Both the position numbers and the translations under genes were made by a program. A stretch of DNA of 64,000 bases, taken from contig DASZRD010000004.1 in assembly GCA_035549255.1 (NCBI GenBank), positions 72,667 to 136,666 on the forward strand, given 5' to 3'. This DNA comes from Minisyncoccota bacterium. GTDB taxonomy: Bacteria > Patescibacteriota > Minisyncoccia > Phycocordibacterales > SBAW01. Below, piece after piece: positions 1 to 10,719 of this stretch. Within the stretch, counting starts at the first letter, position 1. Each line of letters starts with the position of its first letter. Below the pieces are notes generated by a model. It ran no database searches. It was given only the letters and a program-made list of their open reading frames with translations, and was not told where the DNA came from.

Positions 1-363
1 AACCGAAGCTGCCATCTCCTTCTCGCGGAAGTCGCGATTCGACACGAGAGAGCTGAGGTACGTAGCGCCATGGGTGAGAAACGGCACGAACGCCCAGACC
101 AAGAGCGCTACGACGACGCCCGATGCCCAGGCGGGCACCATCGGGTTATGGCTCAAACAGCTCAGCCCGTGAGAGCCCGAAAAGAAGTTAGCCGCAATAG
201 TGTACGCGCAATCCGGGGTAAGTATATGCAACAGGAAAGCTACGGCGAGCACCGCAAGCACGATGGCGAGCGATTTTATAATCCCCCAGAAGAAATCCTT
301 CAAGATCCCAATCTGAATATTTGTGAGCTTGATACCGGTCTTCTCAAAAAGCGCGTTGTTCAT
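1..363 (-). CDS. membrane protein, 3' end runs off the window
   Basis: Hand translation from the ATG at 363 gives MNNALFEKTGIKLTNIQIGILKDFFWGIIKSLAIVLAVLAVAFLLHIL..., open to base 1 with hydrophobic segments. Lies directly downstream of the HTH gene. Not in the ORF track. Confidence 0.7.
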   Translation of the reverse strand, partial: MNNALFEKTGIKLTNIQIGILKDFFWGIIKSLAIVLAVLAVAFLLHILTPDCAYTIAANFFSGSHGLSCLSHNPMVPAWASGVVVALLVWAFVPFLTHGATYLSSLVSNRDFREKEMAASV

Positions 364-373
364 AATTTGATTA

Positions 374-586
374 TTAGTCTTCTAAGATAAATATCTTCTC
401 GATCGGCTGGCCGAAGTAGCGCGCAAGCCGCATGGCCAAAGGTAGTGACGGCGTGTACTCATTCTTTTCCAGATAGTTAATGGTCGAGCGCGTGACGCCG
501 ACCAGCTCGGCCAGCTCGGCCTGGGTAATATCCTTCTCTGCCCGGAGGACCTTCAAACGGTTGGTGATTTTCGGTGTAGCATCCAT
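374..586 (-). CDS. XRE-family helix-turn-helix transcriptional regulator
   Basis: NRLKVLRAEKDITQAELAELVGVTRSTINYLEKNEYTPSLPLAMRLARYFG is a classic HTH_3 pattern. Start placed at MDATPK. Confidence 0.9.
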   Translation of the reverse strand: MDATPKITNRLKVLRAEKDITQAELAELVGVTRSTINYLEKNEYTPSLPLAMRLARYFGQPIEKIFILED

Positions 587-654
587 ACGACATAATGTAG
601 CATATATGCTACATCGATGCAAACCGCCGCACTCTGCGCTTACGCAGCCTCGTC

Positions 655-813
655 CTATCTAAGAAACCACCAATACAAGGCAGCGAACGCGAGCACGATG
701 CCGACGTTGACGATAAGCCGCTCCCAGAAGTGATCCCTGAAGAACAGCACGTCGACGCCGACAATAACCACCACCATAACCACGATACCAATGAGAACGA
801 GTATCTTGTTCAT
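655..813 (-). CDS. small two-TM membrane protein (52 aa)
   Basis: Hand translation: MNKILVLIGIVVMVVVIVGVDVLFFRDHFWERLIVNVGIVLAFAALYWWFLR*. Fills the gap 4 nt after the upstream stop. Below the ORF-track cutoff. Confidence 0.75.
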   Translation of the reverse strand: MNKILVLIGIVVMVVVIVGVDVLFFRDHFWERLIVNVGIVLAFAALYWWFLR

Positions 814-817
814 ACCT

Positions 818-1345
818 TTAGTGTACCTCGCTGAGCTGCGTGCCCGAGACTTGGAGATACTTCGACACGCCGACCGATGGCTGCGCGGTCATGGGGTCAG
901 TCGGCGCACGGTCGGCATAATTCACGATGATTTCTCCGTTTTGTATTTGAGTCGTCTGGGGAGCGATTCGGTCGCCCAGGAGCACCGCGTTGGTCCCCCG
1001 ATATCCGTCTGGGGTCGAGACGTCGGCGGCCGCGTAGTAGAAGGTGCCGCTGCCGCCCGAGGTCTGCGTAAGAATAAATACGGCGTCGGGCATGCCGTCG
1101 CCGTTGAGGTCGCCGGTCGCCTCATTGCCGAAGTACTGCGTCACGATCGGCGCCGAGGAATTGTCCTGCGCAACGTTGCTGCTCCCGTTCACAAGCGTCA
1201 CGGATGTTCCGTCGATATTATACGTAGCATTCTTGGGGTCATTTGTATTCTGGACCGGTACTGGTAATCCGCCGCGGTGCATCAGCCAATACCCTGCACC
1301 CGCTAGAATAATAATGAGCGCCACGAATCCTATGAAATATTTCAT
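818..1345 (-). CDS. membrane-anchored extracellular hypothetical protein
   Basis: N-terminal TM, a GDLNGDGMPD (FG-GAP/EF-like) loop, and a TATAGT -10 box 6 nt before the ATG. Confidence 0.8.
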   Translation of the reverse strand: MKYFIGFVALIIILAGAGYWLMHRGGLPVPVQNTNDPKNATYNIDGTSVTLVNGSSNVAQDNSSAPIVTQYFGNEATGDLNGDGMPDAVFILTQTSGGSGTFYYAAADVSTPDGYRGTNAVLLGDRIAPQTTQIQNGEIIVNYADRAPTDPMTAQPSVGVSKYLQVSGTQLSEVH

Positions 1346-1443
1346 ACCCTAACTATACGACCAATTTTACTGCTCCTCTAGGAATGTCACTTTTTATTTT
1401 AGCCCTTAAATATCGGTTTATCCGGTTCGAGCTCAGATGGGCG

Positions 1444-3618
1444 TTACTGGGCTTCCATCAGGCTATACGCCTCTTTCTGCGAATACTGCGCAAAGATACC
1501 TGTCGGCACGGTCGTGCCGATCGGCGCAAGAATCTCGGAAGCATAGGCTTGCTGGAACTTCTTAAGCGAAGCGAGAGTGCGGTCGACGAAGTAGGTTGTC
1601 TCCTGGCCCGGGGAGCCGGGGCCGGAGGAGCCGAGAGAGAATCCTGCGCAATTGAGGAATTTTTGCAGCGCCTGCACATCCGGGCCCTTGTCGCCAAAGC
1701 GCAATTGGCGGGTGAAATGGTAGTAGGGGCAGAATGTTCCGGTATTTGTTCGCGCGAAAACAGTCGTAGTCGTACCACAACCGCCATTAGGAAGAGAAGA
1801 ATTCCATCCCGGGGCTTGGGGACCCGAACACCAAGGCAAACTCCCTCCTCCTGAAGGAGAGGAGCTTGAGGAAGGCAAAGACGATCCGAAGAGGCCGAAT
1901 ACGGAGAAAGAAGACGTGGTGCAGGAAATGGTATTGGCGGATTCATTGACCGAGCAGTTATCAAGCGCCACCCATGCGCCGTCATGATAGTGATACAGCT
2001 TGAGAGACGACTCGTCCAAACCGGAAATCTCGCTGTCGGTATATTGATACGTAATAGTGACGGGCACATCAAAAGAATCTAAAACAGTGGACCCGTTGAT
2101 AATCGCTTTTACATCAAAGACGGTGACGCCAACTGTTTGCGGTGAAGCTTCGGGCTTGCCGTAGGTATCAAGCACGGGAGTGCTCGGTATGGCCTTGATC
2201 TGTATCACGAGAGAAGTCGAGGTGGCAGTAAAACCAACTGAGAAACTTTTTCCGCTGTCAGTGACAGTGGTGGTAGCGGTAGTATGTGCGTTGATCGTAC
2301 CGGATGAAGAAGAGGTTGGCGTAGCGCTATAGTCGCAACCGCTTGTGGTAAAAGTCTCATCGCTTGACGTAGCGGTGTTCCCTGCCGCATCGCGGGATAC
2401 TGCACCGTAGTGGTATATAGTGCACGCAAGAAGCGAAGACATGTTCTTCGAATGCGATGTTACCCGCGGCGAGGTGTCCGTTTCGGAGGTATAGGTAGAG
2501 TATGCCGAAGTCAGCCCATATGCCAATCGAGTCGAAGCAGATTCATTGGTGGTCCAGGTGACCGTTGCGCTGTTGCTACTAGGCGAAGCAACGACGCTAG
2601 AGATGACCGGCGGAGTAAGATCGACGGTTGTAAGCGTTTGCTCCGAAGAGGTGGCGATATCGCCGGCATTGTCTTTTGAAACGACGACGTAATAGTAGGT
2701 GGTAAAAGGCGTAAGACCGGTAAGACCTATGGAGTGATTGATGATGAGGGGCGTCGAACTGATTTTGATGGTGTAAGTGCCGGAAGAAGCACCGTACCAC
2801 ACCGTAGAGTCGGAAGACGTCGCGGCAGTATCCCAGGTAACGGTTGCGGTTGTTTCTCCGGTAGTCGAGGCGATGTTTGAGATAGCGACTGGGTTAGTGG
2901 CCTCGTCGTAGAGCGACGCTATCTGGTCATCCGTGAACGCCGTATCATACATGCGCACGTCGTCTATGGTGCCGGGGAAATAGCCGGCCGTGAGAGCGGA
3001 GCGGCCAATGCTCACCTCGGTCTGCGGAGTGTTGATGCTGCTGCCAAAGTTTTGCGAGCCACGCAGGACGCCGTTGCTGTAGAGGAGCGAGCTGCTCGTG
3101 CCGTCCCAGACCCAGCAGATCTGGAGCCAATCATCCTTGTGCCCCGCAATCCCCATCGCCACCAACAAGTCGTTGTGCCAGGTGTAGAACTGAATGTTGG
3201 GGAAACTGTCCATGTCTATGCCGAAAGAGTCGCCGCCAACGCCGTATTCGAAAATAGAATTCACGTCCGGAGTCCATGAGTCGTCGGTCGGCTTAAACCA
3301 CATGCAGACGGTCCGGGCACTGTTGCCTGAAGGGGGGAACGACCCGTTCACGGGCACGCTGATATAGGAATTCGTACCGTTGAAGTTGAGCCCGCCATCT
3401 ACTTGGCCGGCAGTCTCGTCGCTCGCGTCAAGATTATGCACGGTGCCATTGTTGCCGTTGCCGGAGGTATCGGTGACTGCCCCAGTAGACCAATTAATAT
3501 CGTCCGCATCCAAAGTCCAATGGCCGATGAGCGCCGCATGTGCCTGAGGGGGCGTCGCGAGAAACAAGAGAGAGGCAACAAAAAAGATAGGTAGGAAGAA
3601 ACCTGCTTTCCTAAGCAT
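1444..3618 (-). CDS. secreted surface protein: LamG-like domain, two FN3-like repeats, C-terminal peptidoglycan-binding domain
   Basis: Signal peptide; LIGHWTLD...GTIDDVRMYD (LamG_3); repeated ATVTWxT...YG...GL...TYYYxVVSxD (FN3-like); LRFGDKGPDVQALQKFLN (PG_binding_1). Confidence 0.85.
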   Translation of the reverse strand: MLRKAGFFLPIFFVASLLFLATPPQAHAALIGHWTLDADDINWSTGAVTDTSGNGNNGTVHNLDASDETAGQVDGGLNFNGTNSYISVPVNGSFPPSGNSARTVCMWFKPTDDSWTPDVNSIFEYGVGGDSFGIDMDSFPNIQFYTWHNDLLVAMGIAGHKDDWLQICWVWDGTSSSLLYSNGVLRGSQNFGSSINTPQTEVSIGRSALTAGYFPGTIDDVRMYDTAFTDDQIASLYDEATNPVAISNIASTTGETTATVTWDTAATSSDSTVWYGASSGTYTIKISSTPLIINHSIGLTGLTPFTTYYYVVVSKDNAGDIATSSEQTLTTVDLTPPVISSVVASPSSNSATVTWTTNESASTRLAYGLTSAYSTYTSETDTSPRVTSHSKNMSSLLACTIYHYGAVSRDAAGNTATSSDETFTTSGCDYSATPTSSSSGTINAHTTATTTVTDSGKSFSVGFTATSTSLVIQIKAIPSTPVLDTYGKPEASPQTVGVTVFDVKAIINGSTVLDSFDVPVTITYQYTDSEISGLDESSLKLYHYHDGAWVALDNCSVNESANTISCTTSSFSVFGLFGSSLPSSSSSPSGGGSLPWCSGPQAPGWNSSLPNGGCGTTTTVFARTNTGTFCPYYHFTRQLRFGDKGPDVQALQKFLNCAGFSLGSSGPGSPGQETTYFVDRTLASLKKFQQAYASEILAPIGTTVPTGIFAQYSQKEAYSLMEAQ

Positions 3619-3788
3619 ACACACTTAATAATAGCATCCCACACGAAAAACCTTTTTGGATTCGAACCGATTTTGTAGCTTAAAATATAGAAACGAGAAA
3701 TTGACCCGTCTTGGACGGAAATGATGATTTTCTAAAATATCCTTACGGCGCAACGACCCACTCTGGTCATACGGTGCCGTGTCCTACT

Positions 3789-3862
3789 TGGCTGCCAGAC
3801 TTGGATTCGAACCAAGATAAACGGATTCAGAGTCCGTTGTCCTACCATTAGACGATCTGGCA
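3789..3862 (-). tRNA. tRNA-Gln(CTG)
   Basis: Reverse complement folds as a cloverleaf: TGCCAGA...ACGGA-CTCTGAA-TCCGT...GGTTCGAATCC...TCTGGCA-G-CCA. CCA is encoded. Confidence 0.95.
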
Positions 3863-3913
3863 ATACAGAGCAAAGATACCCGAAATCGGGCCAAAACTCA
3901 ACCGCGCTGCTGG

Positions 3914-5542
3914 TTATTTTTTCTCGCTCGCGGCCTTTATGAATGCTGAAAATAAGGGATGCGGGTGGAGCGGGCGCGAGAGGAACTCGGGGTGGAATTG
4001 GGTCGCGAGAAAGAACGGGTGGACACTCTTGGGCAGCTCGGCAATCTCGCAGAGCTGGCCGTCCGGCGACTTGCCCGAGAACACGAGCCCTGCGGCCTCG
4101 AGCTTCTCTATATATTCCGGGTTGACCTCGTAGCGATGGCGATGGCGCTCGCTCACCTGCGCCGCACCATACACCTCGCGCGCGATGCTCCCCTCTTTGA
4201 GGTCGGCGACATACGTGCCCAGGCGCATCGTGCCGCCGTAGTCTTGCTTGGACAATTTCTCCTTCTGGTCGGGCATGATATCGATGACCGGATGCGGTGC
4301 GTCTTTATTTACTTCCGCCGTGTTGGCGCCCGCGAGTCCCGCCATGTTGCGCGCGTACTCGATGGTGAGCCATTGCATGCCGTAGCACAGCCCCAGGTAC
4401 GGGATTTTGTGCTCGCGCACGTACTGTATGGCAAGTACCAAGCCCTCTACGCCTCGCTCGCCGAAGCCGCCCGGCACGATAATACCGTCATACTGCGAGA
4501 GTTCCTCGAGCGGCCGCGCGCCGCTTTCGAAGTCATTGGAGTCGAGATATGAGATCTCCGGCTTAAGGCTCTGATGATACGCCGCGGCTTTGATGGCTTC
4601 GATCACCGATATATACACGTCGGCCAGCACGTACTCGCCGGACTTGAAATACTTCCCCACGACCGCAACCTTCACCGCTTTGCTCCCATTCTTGGACTTC
4701 GCGACATAGGCGGCCCAATCAGAAAGGTCGCTGGCTTTCTTCTCGAGCCCGAGCACGTCGCACAGTGTGTCGCCGAGACCGTCTTTCTCGTAATTGAGCG
4801 GCACGTCGTAGATGCTGTCGACATCGGGCGCGCTGATGACGCGCTCGGGGCTGACGTTGCAGAAGAGCGCGATCTTCTCCTTGCGCTTGCTATCGAGCGG
4901 CACCTGTGCGCGCGCAAGTATGACATCGGCCTGGAGGCCCACTGAATTGAGTTCCCTCGAGGCGTGCTGGGTGGGCTTGGTCTTCATCTCGCCGATATTG
5001 TTGGGGATGGGCACGTAGGAGAGCATGACGATCGCAACATCTTTAGGCGACTCGTGCTTGAGCATGCGCGCCGCTTCGAGGAAAAGGATGTTCTCGTACT
5101 CGCCCACCGTGCCACCGACCTCGACGATCGTGATATCGGCGCCCGCCTTCTTTTGCGCTTCTTTGACGCGGCGAATCACTTCAGCCGGCACGTCGGGCAC
5201 CACCTGCACGTTGCGACCCTTGTACTCGAGGTTGCGCTCGCGGCGGATCACCTCCTGGTACACGCGCCCCGTCGTCATGTAGTTGGTGCGCGTAAGCGTC
5301 GTATCGAGGAAGCGCTCATAATTGCCCATGTCCTGGTCGCACTCGTCGCCGTCCTCAAGCACGAAGACCTCGCCGTGCTCGGTCGGGTTCATGGTACCCG
5401 CGTCGACATTAATGTACGGGTCGATCTTGAGCGCGGTGACCGCGAAGCCTTTTGACTTCAAAATCCGCCCAATCGAAGAGGTGGCGATGCCCTTGCCTAT
5501 GCCCGACATCACCCCGCCAACTACGAATATATATTTCGGCAT
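3914..5542 (-). CDS. pyrG: CTP synthase
   Basis: KYIFVVGGVMSGIGKG, DPYINVDAGTMNPTEHGEVFV, KTKPTQH, GLCYGMQ, QFHPEF. Confidence 0.98.
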   Translation of the reverse strand: MPKYIFVVGGVMSGIGKGIATSSIGRILKSKGFAVTALKIDPYINVDAGTMNPTEHGEVFVLEDGDECDQDMGNYERFLDTTLTRTNYMTTGRVYQEVIRRERNLEYKGRNVQVVPDVPAEVIRRVKEAQKKAGADITIVEVGGTVGEYENILFLEAARMLKHESPKDVAIVMLSYVPIPNNIGEMKTKPTQHASRELNSVGLQADVILARAQVPLDSKRKEKIALFCNVSPERVISAPDVDSIYDVPLNYEKDGLGDTLCDVLGLEKKASDLSDWAAYVAKSKNGSKAVKVAVVGKYFKSGEYVLADVYISVIEAIKAAAYHQSLKPEISYLDSNDFESGARPLEELSQYDGIIVPGGFGERGVEGLVLAIQYVREHKIPYLGLCYGMQWLTIEYARNMAGLAGANTAEVNKDAPHPVIDIMPDQKEKLSKQDYGGTMRLGTYVADLKEGSIAREVYGAAQVSERHRHRYEVNPEYIEKLEAAGLVFSGKSPDGQLCEIAELPKSVHPFFLATQFHPEFLSRPLHPHPLFSAFIKAASEKK

Positions 5543-5550
5543 TTTTCCTA

Positions 5551-6492
5551 TTAAACCTTAAGGTAGCGCCGCACGGCAAGGAAGCTCGCCACCGCGCCGA
5601 GGAGGACGCCCGAGCCGGCGATCACGAGGAAGAAGAGCGGGAAGTGCGTGATGAAATAGCTGAAGACGTTGATCCCGCCGAAAAAGTTCTCCGTGGCGCC
5701 GCCCATCCACCATGTGAGCGGATAGAAGAGTACGAGCGCGATCAGAGCCGCAATGAGCCCGTAGAGGATGCCCTCGACCATGAACGGGGCGCGGATATAG
5801 CTCTTGCCCGCTCCCACGAGCCGCATGACCTGTATCTCGTCGCGCGAGGAGTAGATAGCCAACCGCAGCGTGTTGAAGGCGATCGCGATCGTAAATATGA
5901 CCAGGATGGCTATGATGACGATGCCGATCCATTTCGCCGAATCGGTGATCTGCCCCAGACGCTCGATCGCCATGCGGTGCTGGTCGTCATAATAATCGAT
6001 CTTCTCGATAATCTGCGAAGACGAGGACGCGTCGCTGAGGGTCCCCTGCCCATTGAGGAAATTGGCAATAGCGTCGTATTCAGAGAGATCCTTGGCTTTG
6101 ACATTGAGTACAGCGCCCAGCGGGTTGTCGCCTAGCTCGTCAAGCGCCTGCAGCGTCAGCTGGTCGTTGGCATGCCGTTCGCGGAATTGCGCTAGTGCGT
6201 CATCGCGGGAGATGTAGCTTACCGTCTCCACCTGCGGCAAGGCCTCGAGCGAGGACTTGATCTCGAGGATGCTCTCCTCCGACGCGTCGGTCGTAAAGTA
6301 TACGTTCATGTCGGCCTTGTCGCGGAATTGTTCGAGCGTCGAGCCGAGGATTACGCCGATGAACATCGCGAGGCCGATCACGAAGAGCGTCAGCACCATC
6401 ATAAGGACGGATGCGAAGGAGACGAAGCCGTTGCGCCAGAAATCGAGCAAGCCTGCCCGCACGACCCTCTTCACGTTTACCCACTTTGCCAT
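5551..6492 (-). CDS. ftsX: cell division permease FtsX
   Basis: Four-TM layout, NTLRLAIYSSRDEIQVMRLVGA...IRAPFMVEG, downstream of ftsE. Confidence 0.93.
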   Translation of the reverse strand: MAKWVNVKRVVRAGLLDFWRNGFVSFASVLMMVLTLFVIGLAMFIGVILGSTLEQFRDKADMNVYFTTDASEESILEIKSSLEALPQVETVSYISRDDALAQFRERHANDQLTLQALDELGDNPLGAVLNVKAKDLSEYDAIANFLNGQGTLSDASSSSQIIEKIDYYDDQHRMAIERLGQITDSAKWIGIVIIAILVIFTIAIAFNTLRLAIYSSRDEIQVMRLVGAGKSYIRAPFMVEGILYGLIAALIALVLFYPLTWWMGGATENFFGGINVFSYFITHFPLFFLVIAGSGVLLGAVASFLAVRRYLKV

Positions 6493-6501
6493 ATAGCTAT
6501 A

Positions 6502-7182
6502 TTACAGGATGTATTTTCCTTCGCGGTCGTCGCGCACCACGTGGCCGCGATCGAGGGTCACGACGCGCTTGCGCAGGCTGTCGATGACGCCCTTGTTATG
6601 AGTAGTGAGGATGATCGTCGTGCCGAGATCGTTGATCTTCTTGAGGATCTGCACAACCTCGAAGGTGTTGACCGGGTCGAGGTTGCCGGTCGGCTCGTCG
6701 GCGACGATGACGTCGGGCTGGTTGACTATCGCCCGCGCGATGGCGACGCGCTGCTGTTCGCCGCCGGAGAGCTCGTCGGGGAAATTGTTCATCTTCTCGC
6801 CGAGGTCGACGAGCTCGAGCACGTGCGGCACATCGGAGGCGATTTCCTCCTCGCTGCGGCCCGCCGCCTCCATGGCGAAGGCGACGTTCTCATACGCGGT
6901 CTTCTGCGGCAGGAGGCGGAAGTCCTGAAAGACGGTGCCGATCTTGCGGCGCAGGTCGTTGATGCGCCTCGAAGGCACCTCGTGCACGTTTACGGATTCA
7001 AAAAAGACGGAGCCGCTCGACGGCTTCTCTTCCGCGAGGAGCATTTTGACGAGTGTCGTCTTGCCTGCCCCCGAATGCCCGACGATAGAGATGAACTCGC
7101 CTGGCTCTACGGAGAAGCTGACATCCTCCAGTGCAACAGAGTTGTCAGCGTACACCTTCGTGACGCGGTCGTAGTAAATCAT
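6502..7182 (-). CDS. ftsE: cell division ATP-binding protein FtsE
   Basis: [41 protein letters not shown]. Confidence 0.95.
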   Translation of the reverse strand: MIYYDRVTKVYADNSVALEDVSFSVEPGEFISIVGHSGAGKTTLVKMLLAEEKPSSGSVFFESVNVHEVPSRRINDLRRKIGTVFQDFRLLPQKTAYENVAFAMEAAGRSEEEIASDVPHVLELVDLGEKMNNFPDELSGGEQQRVAIARAIVNQPDVIVADEPTGNLDPVNTFEVVQILKKINDLGTTIILTTHNKGVIDSLRKRVVTLDRGHVVRDDREGKYIL

Positions 7183-7195
7183 GAACCTATCTATT

Positions 7196-8077
7196 TTACT
7201 CCCCCGCCCCCGGATGTGCAAAACTTTCTATGAACGGCTCTAAGTTGCCCTCGAGCACGCCCTCGGCGTCGCGGACCTCGACGTCCGTACGGTGATCCTT
7301 CACGAGCTTGTACGGATGGAGCACGTAGGAGCGGATCTGATTGCCCCACTCGATCTTCATGTTGCGCGTCAGGTCGTCGATCTTCTCCTTGCGCTCGGCT
7401 TCCAACTGGTGGAGCAATTTTGCCTTCACAATGGCGAGTGCCTTCTCCTTGTTGGCGCCCTGCGTGCGCTCGCCGTCTACATGCGAGGAGATGCCGGTCG
7501 GCAGGTGCACCACGCGCACGGCCGTCTCGCGCTTGTTGACGTTCTGCCCGCCCGGGCCGCCCGAGCGCGCTACGCTGATCTCGAGGTCGGTCTCCGGGAT
7601 CTCGATATCAGCCACCTTCTCGAGGACCGGCAGGACTTCGACCAATACGAAGGATGTCTGGCGCTTCTGATTGGCATTGAAGGGCGATATGCGCACGAGG
7701 CGGTGCACGCCGTATTCGTTTTTGAGTATTCCATATGCCTTCTTGCCGGAAATTTCTATTGAGAGGTTGCGGTAGCCGCCGTGATCATTCTGGTTTTCGT
7801 GGAGCACCTTGTACGTCCAGCCTCGCTTCTCTATGTATTTGCGATACATCTCATAGAGCATGCGCGCGAAGTCCTCGGCATCGTCGCCGCCCGCGCCCGC
7901 GACGATCGAGAGTATGGCCGGCCCCGCGTCATACCTGCCGCCGCCCGCGGCCTCGGCCTGGAGCTCTTGAAGTTCCTTAATCATGGCTTGCGCCTGGGCG
8001 GGATTGCTCCAAAAATCCGCGGCGGTCGTCGCGGCCTCGAGCTCCTTGATGCGCTCGTCTCTTTGTTCCTTTTCCAT
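7196..8077 (-). CDS. prfB: peptide chain release factor 2, shortened N-terminal domain
   Basis: [12 protein letters not shown] (SPF motif), [11 protein letters not shown] (GGQ motif), [13 protein letters not shown]. Confidence 0.95.
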   Translation of the reverse strand: MEKEQRDERIKELEAATTAADFWSNPAQAQAMIKELQELQAEAAGGGRYDAGPAILSIVAGAGGDDAEDFARMLYEMYRKYIEKRGWTYKVLHENQNDHGGYRNLSIEISGKKAYGILKNEYGVHRLVRISPFNANQKRQTSFVLVEVLPVLEKVADIEIPETDLEISVARSGGPGGQNVNKRETAVRVVHLPTGISSHVDGERTQGANKEKALAIVKAKLLHQLEAERKEKIDDLTRNMKIEWGNQIRSYVLHPYKLVKDHRTDVEVRDAEGVLEGNLEPFIESFAHPGAGE

Positions 8078-8080
8078 CTG

Positions 8081-8153
8081 AGCCGGAGGCCGGGCTTGAA
8101 CCGGCGACCTGCGGTTTACGATACCGCTGCTCTACCAACTGAGCTACTCCGGC
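8081..8153 (-). tRNA. tRNA-Thr(CGT)
   Basis: GCCGGAG-TAGCTCAG...GCGGT-ATCGTAA-ACCGC...GGTTCAAGCCC...CTCCGGC-T. No encoded CCA. Confidence 0.93.
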
Positions 8154-8200
8154 CTGTGCCGCCAAAATTTCTCGCCTGGCGGACGCTCTACGAGAGCGTG

Positions 8201-8273
8201 AGCCGAAGGCCGGAATCGAACCGGCGACCTACTCCTTACCATGGAGTTGCTCTACCATCTGAGCTACTTCGGC
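8201..8273 (-). tRNA. tRNA-Thr(GGT)
   Basis: GCCGAAG-TAGCTCAG...ACTCC-ATGGTAA-GGAGT...GGTTCGATTCC...CTTCGGC-T. Confidence 0.93.
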
Positions 8274-8337
8274 TTATCGCTACAAGGTACAATAAAAAGG
8301 CCAAATTGCCAAAGTAAAAAGGCGCTATACTGGAAGT

Positions 8338-8715
8338 ATGAATGAAGCATTCCGCAAAATCGCGCATCGTGTGAGCAGGATCGCCGGCTCGCCGTGGACG
8401 TTTCTCTTAGCGGCAAGCGTCGTGATCCTCTGGGCGGCGACGGGGTGGCTGTTTAATTTCTCCAACACCTGGCAGCTTTTCATAAACACCATAACCACGG
8501 TCGTGACGTTCCTGATGGTGTTCCTGATCCAGAATACGCAGAACCGCGACGCGCAGGCGACCCATCTGCAGCTCGACGAGCTCATCAAGGCAAGCCGCCC
8601 CGCTCGCGACACACTCATCGGCGTCGAAGAAGACCCAGATAAAAAGATAGAGAAGCTCGAGCAGGAATTCACCAAGCTCCGCGAGCGCGTCGACAAGCAC
8701 CACCCGCACGAGTAG
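8338..8715 (+). CDS. low-affinity iron permease family protein
   Basis: WQLFINTITTVVTFLMVFLIQNTQNRD...HLQLDELI signature. Confidence 0.9.
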   Translation: MNEAFRKIAHRVSRIAGSPWTFLLAASVVILWAATGWLFNFSNTWQLFINTITTVVTFLMVFLIQNTQNRDAQATHLQLDELIKASRPARDTLIGVEEDPDKKIEKLEQEFTKLRERVDKHHPHE

Positions 8716-9966
<1,251 letters not shown>

Positions 9967-10076
9967 GTGAGGTGAGTAGAGTCGTCCCCTCAAATAATGA
10001 CTAACACAAGGAGAAGTAAACTACCCCTTTATAATATACCTAATAGAATATTTTGTCAAGGTAGCGAGTAGAAGGT

Positions 10077-10445
10077 TTACGATTGTACTTTTGGTCTACC
10101 ATCAGTAATAGCGAGATAGAGAAGAAATACTACATTTACAAGAGGGACGAACATGATCCAAAACCAGTTCTGATTCATTCCAATAGTACGAAGCCTTTTT
10201 CGTGTTGTTCTTATAAGAACATACAATATAAGAACGAGACCTAAAAGAAACAGGATATTGAAGACTAGGGTAACCAAATAATCAGAATTGACTTGAGGTA
10301 TAAACCATAAAAATATAAGAGGTGTAAGCCCAGAGATAACACCACTCAGTATAGGGATTAAGAGTGGAAGCAAAAGATTAATAAGAAAATATTTTCCACC
10401 GGTAATCGTATCACCATCCAAGCCCAGTAGGTGCTTGATTTTCAT
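10077..10445 (-). CDS. DUF805-like membrane protein
   Basis: Three TMs, RKRLRTIGMNQNWFWIMFVPLVN pattern, visibly AT-rich. Confidence 0.75.
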   Translation of the reverse strand: MKIKHLLGLDGDTITGGKYFLINLLLPLLIPILSGVISGLTPLIFLWFIPQVNSDYLVTLVFNILFLLGLVLILYVLIRTTRKRLRTIGMNQNWFWIMFVPLVNVVFLLYLAITDGRPKVQS

Positions 10446-10513
10446 ACTGAGATTGTAGCATTGCTTTTAGTGTCGATTGAACGCGAGGGGCAAAAATGCT
10501 ACTTTGAATCCAC

Positions 10514-10587
10514 GTCGGCGTAGCTCAGGTAGTTAGAGCATGGGACTCATAAACCCAAGGTCGAAGGTGCAAGTCCTTCCGCCGACA
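10514..10587 (+). tRNA. tRNA-Met(CAT), probably elongator
   Basis: GTCGGCG-TAGCTCAG...TGGG-ACTCATAAA-CCCA...GGTGCAAGTCC...CGCCGAC-A. Confidence 0.85.
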
Positions 10588-10628
10588 CATTGGAATTTCC
10601 CTGTTTTTGCGCTACAATCGCCATGTTT

Positions 10629-10703
10629 GCGGGAGTAGCTCAATTTGGTTAGAGCACCGCCCTGTCACGGCGGGGGTTGCGGGTTCAAGTCCCGTCTCTC
10701 GCG
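10629..10703 (+). tRNA. tRNA-Asp(GTC)
   Basis: GCGGGAG...CCGCC-CTGTCAC-GGCGG...GGTTCAAGTCC...CTCTCGC-G. Confidence 0.95.
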
Positions 10704-10719
10704 CAATTGTTAGGACAAT

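Noticed and set aside
3656-3668. TTGGATTCGAACC, identical to part of the tRNA-Gln T arm (3801-3813), as a possible att-site duplication
   Set aside because: Only 13 bp, does not extend to the tRNA 3' end, lies just 145 bp away, and no integrase is nearby.
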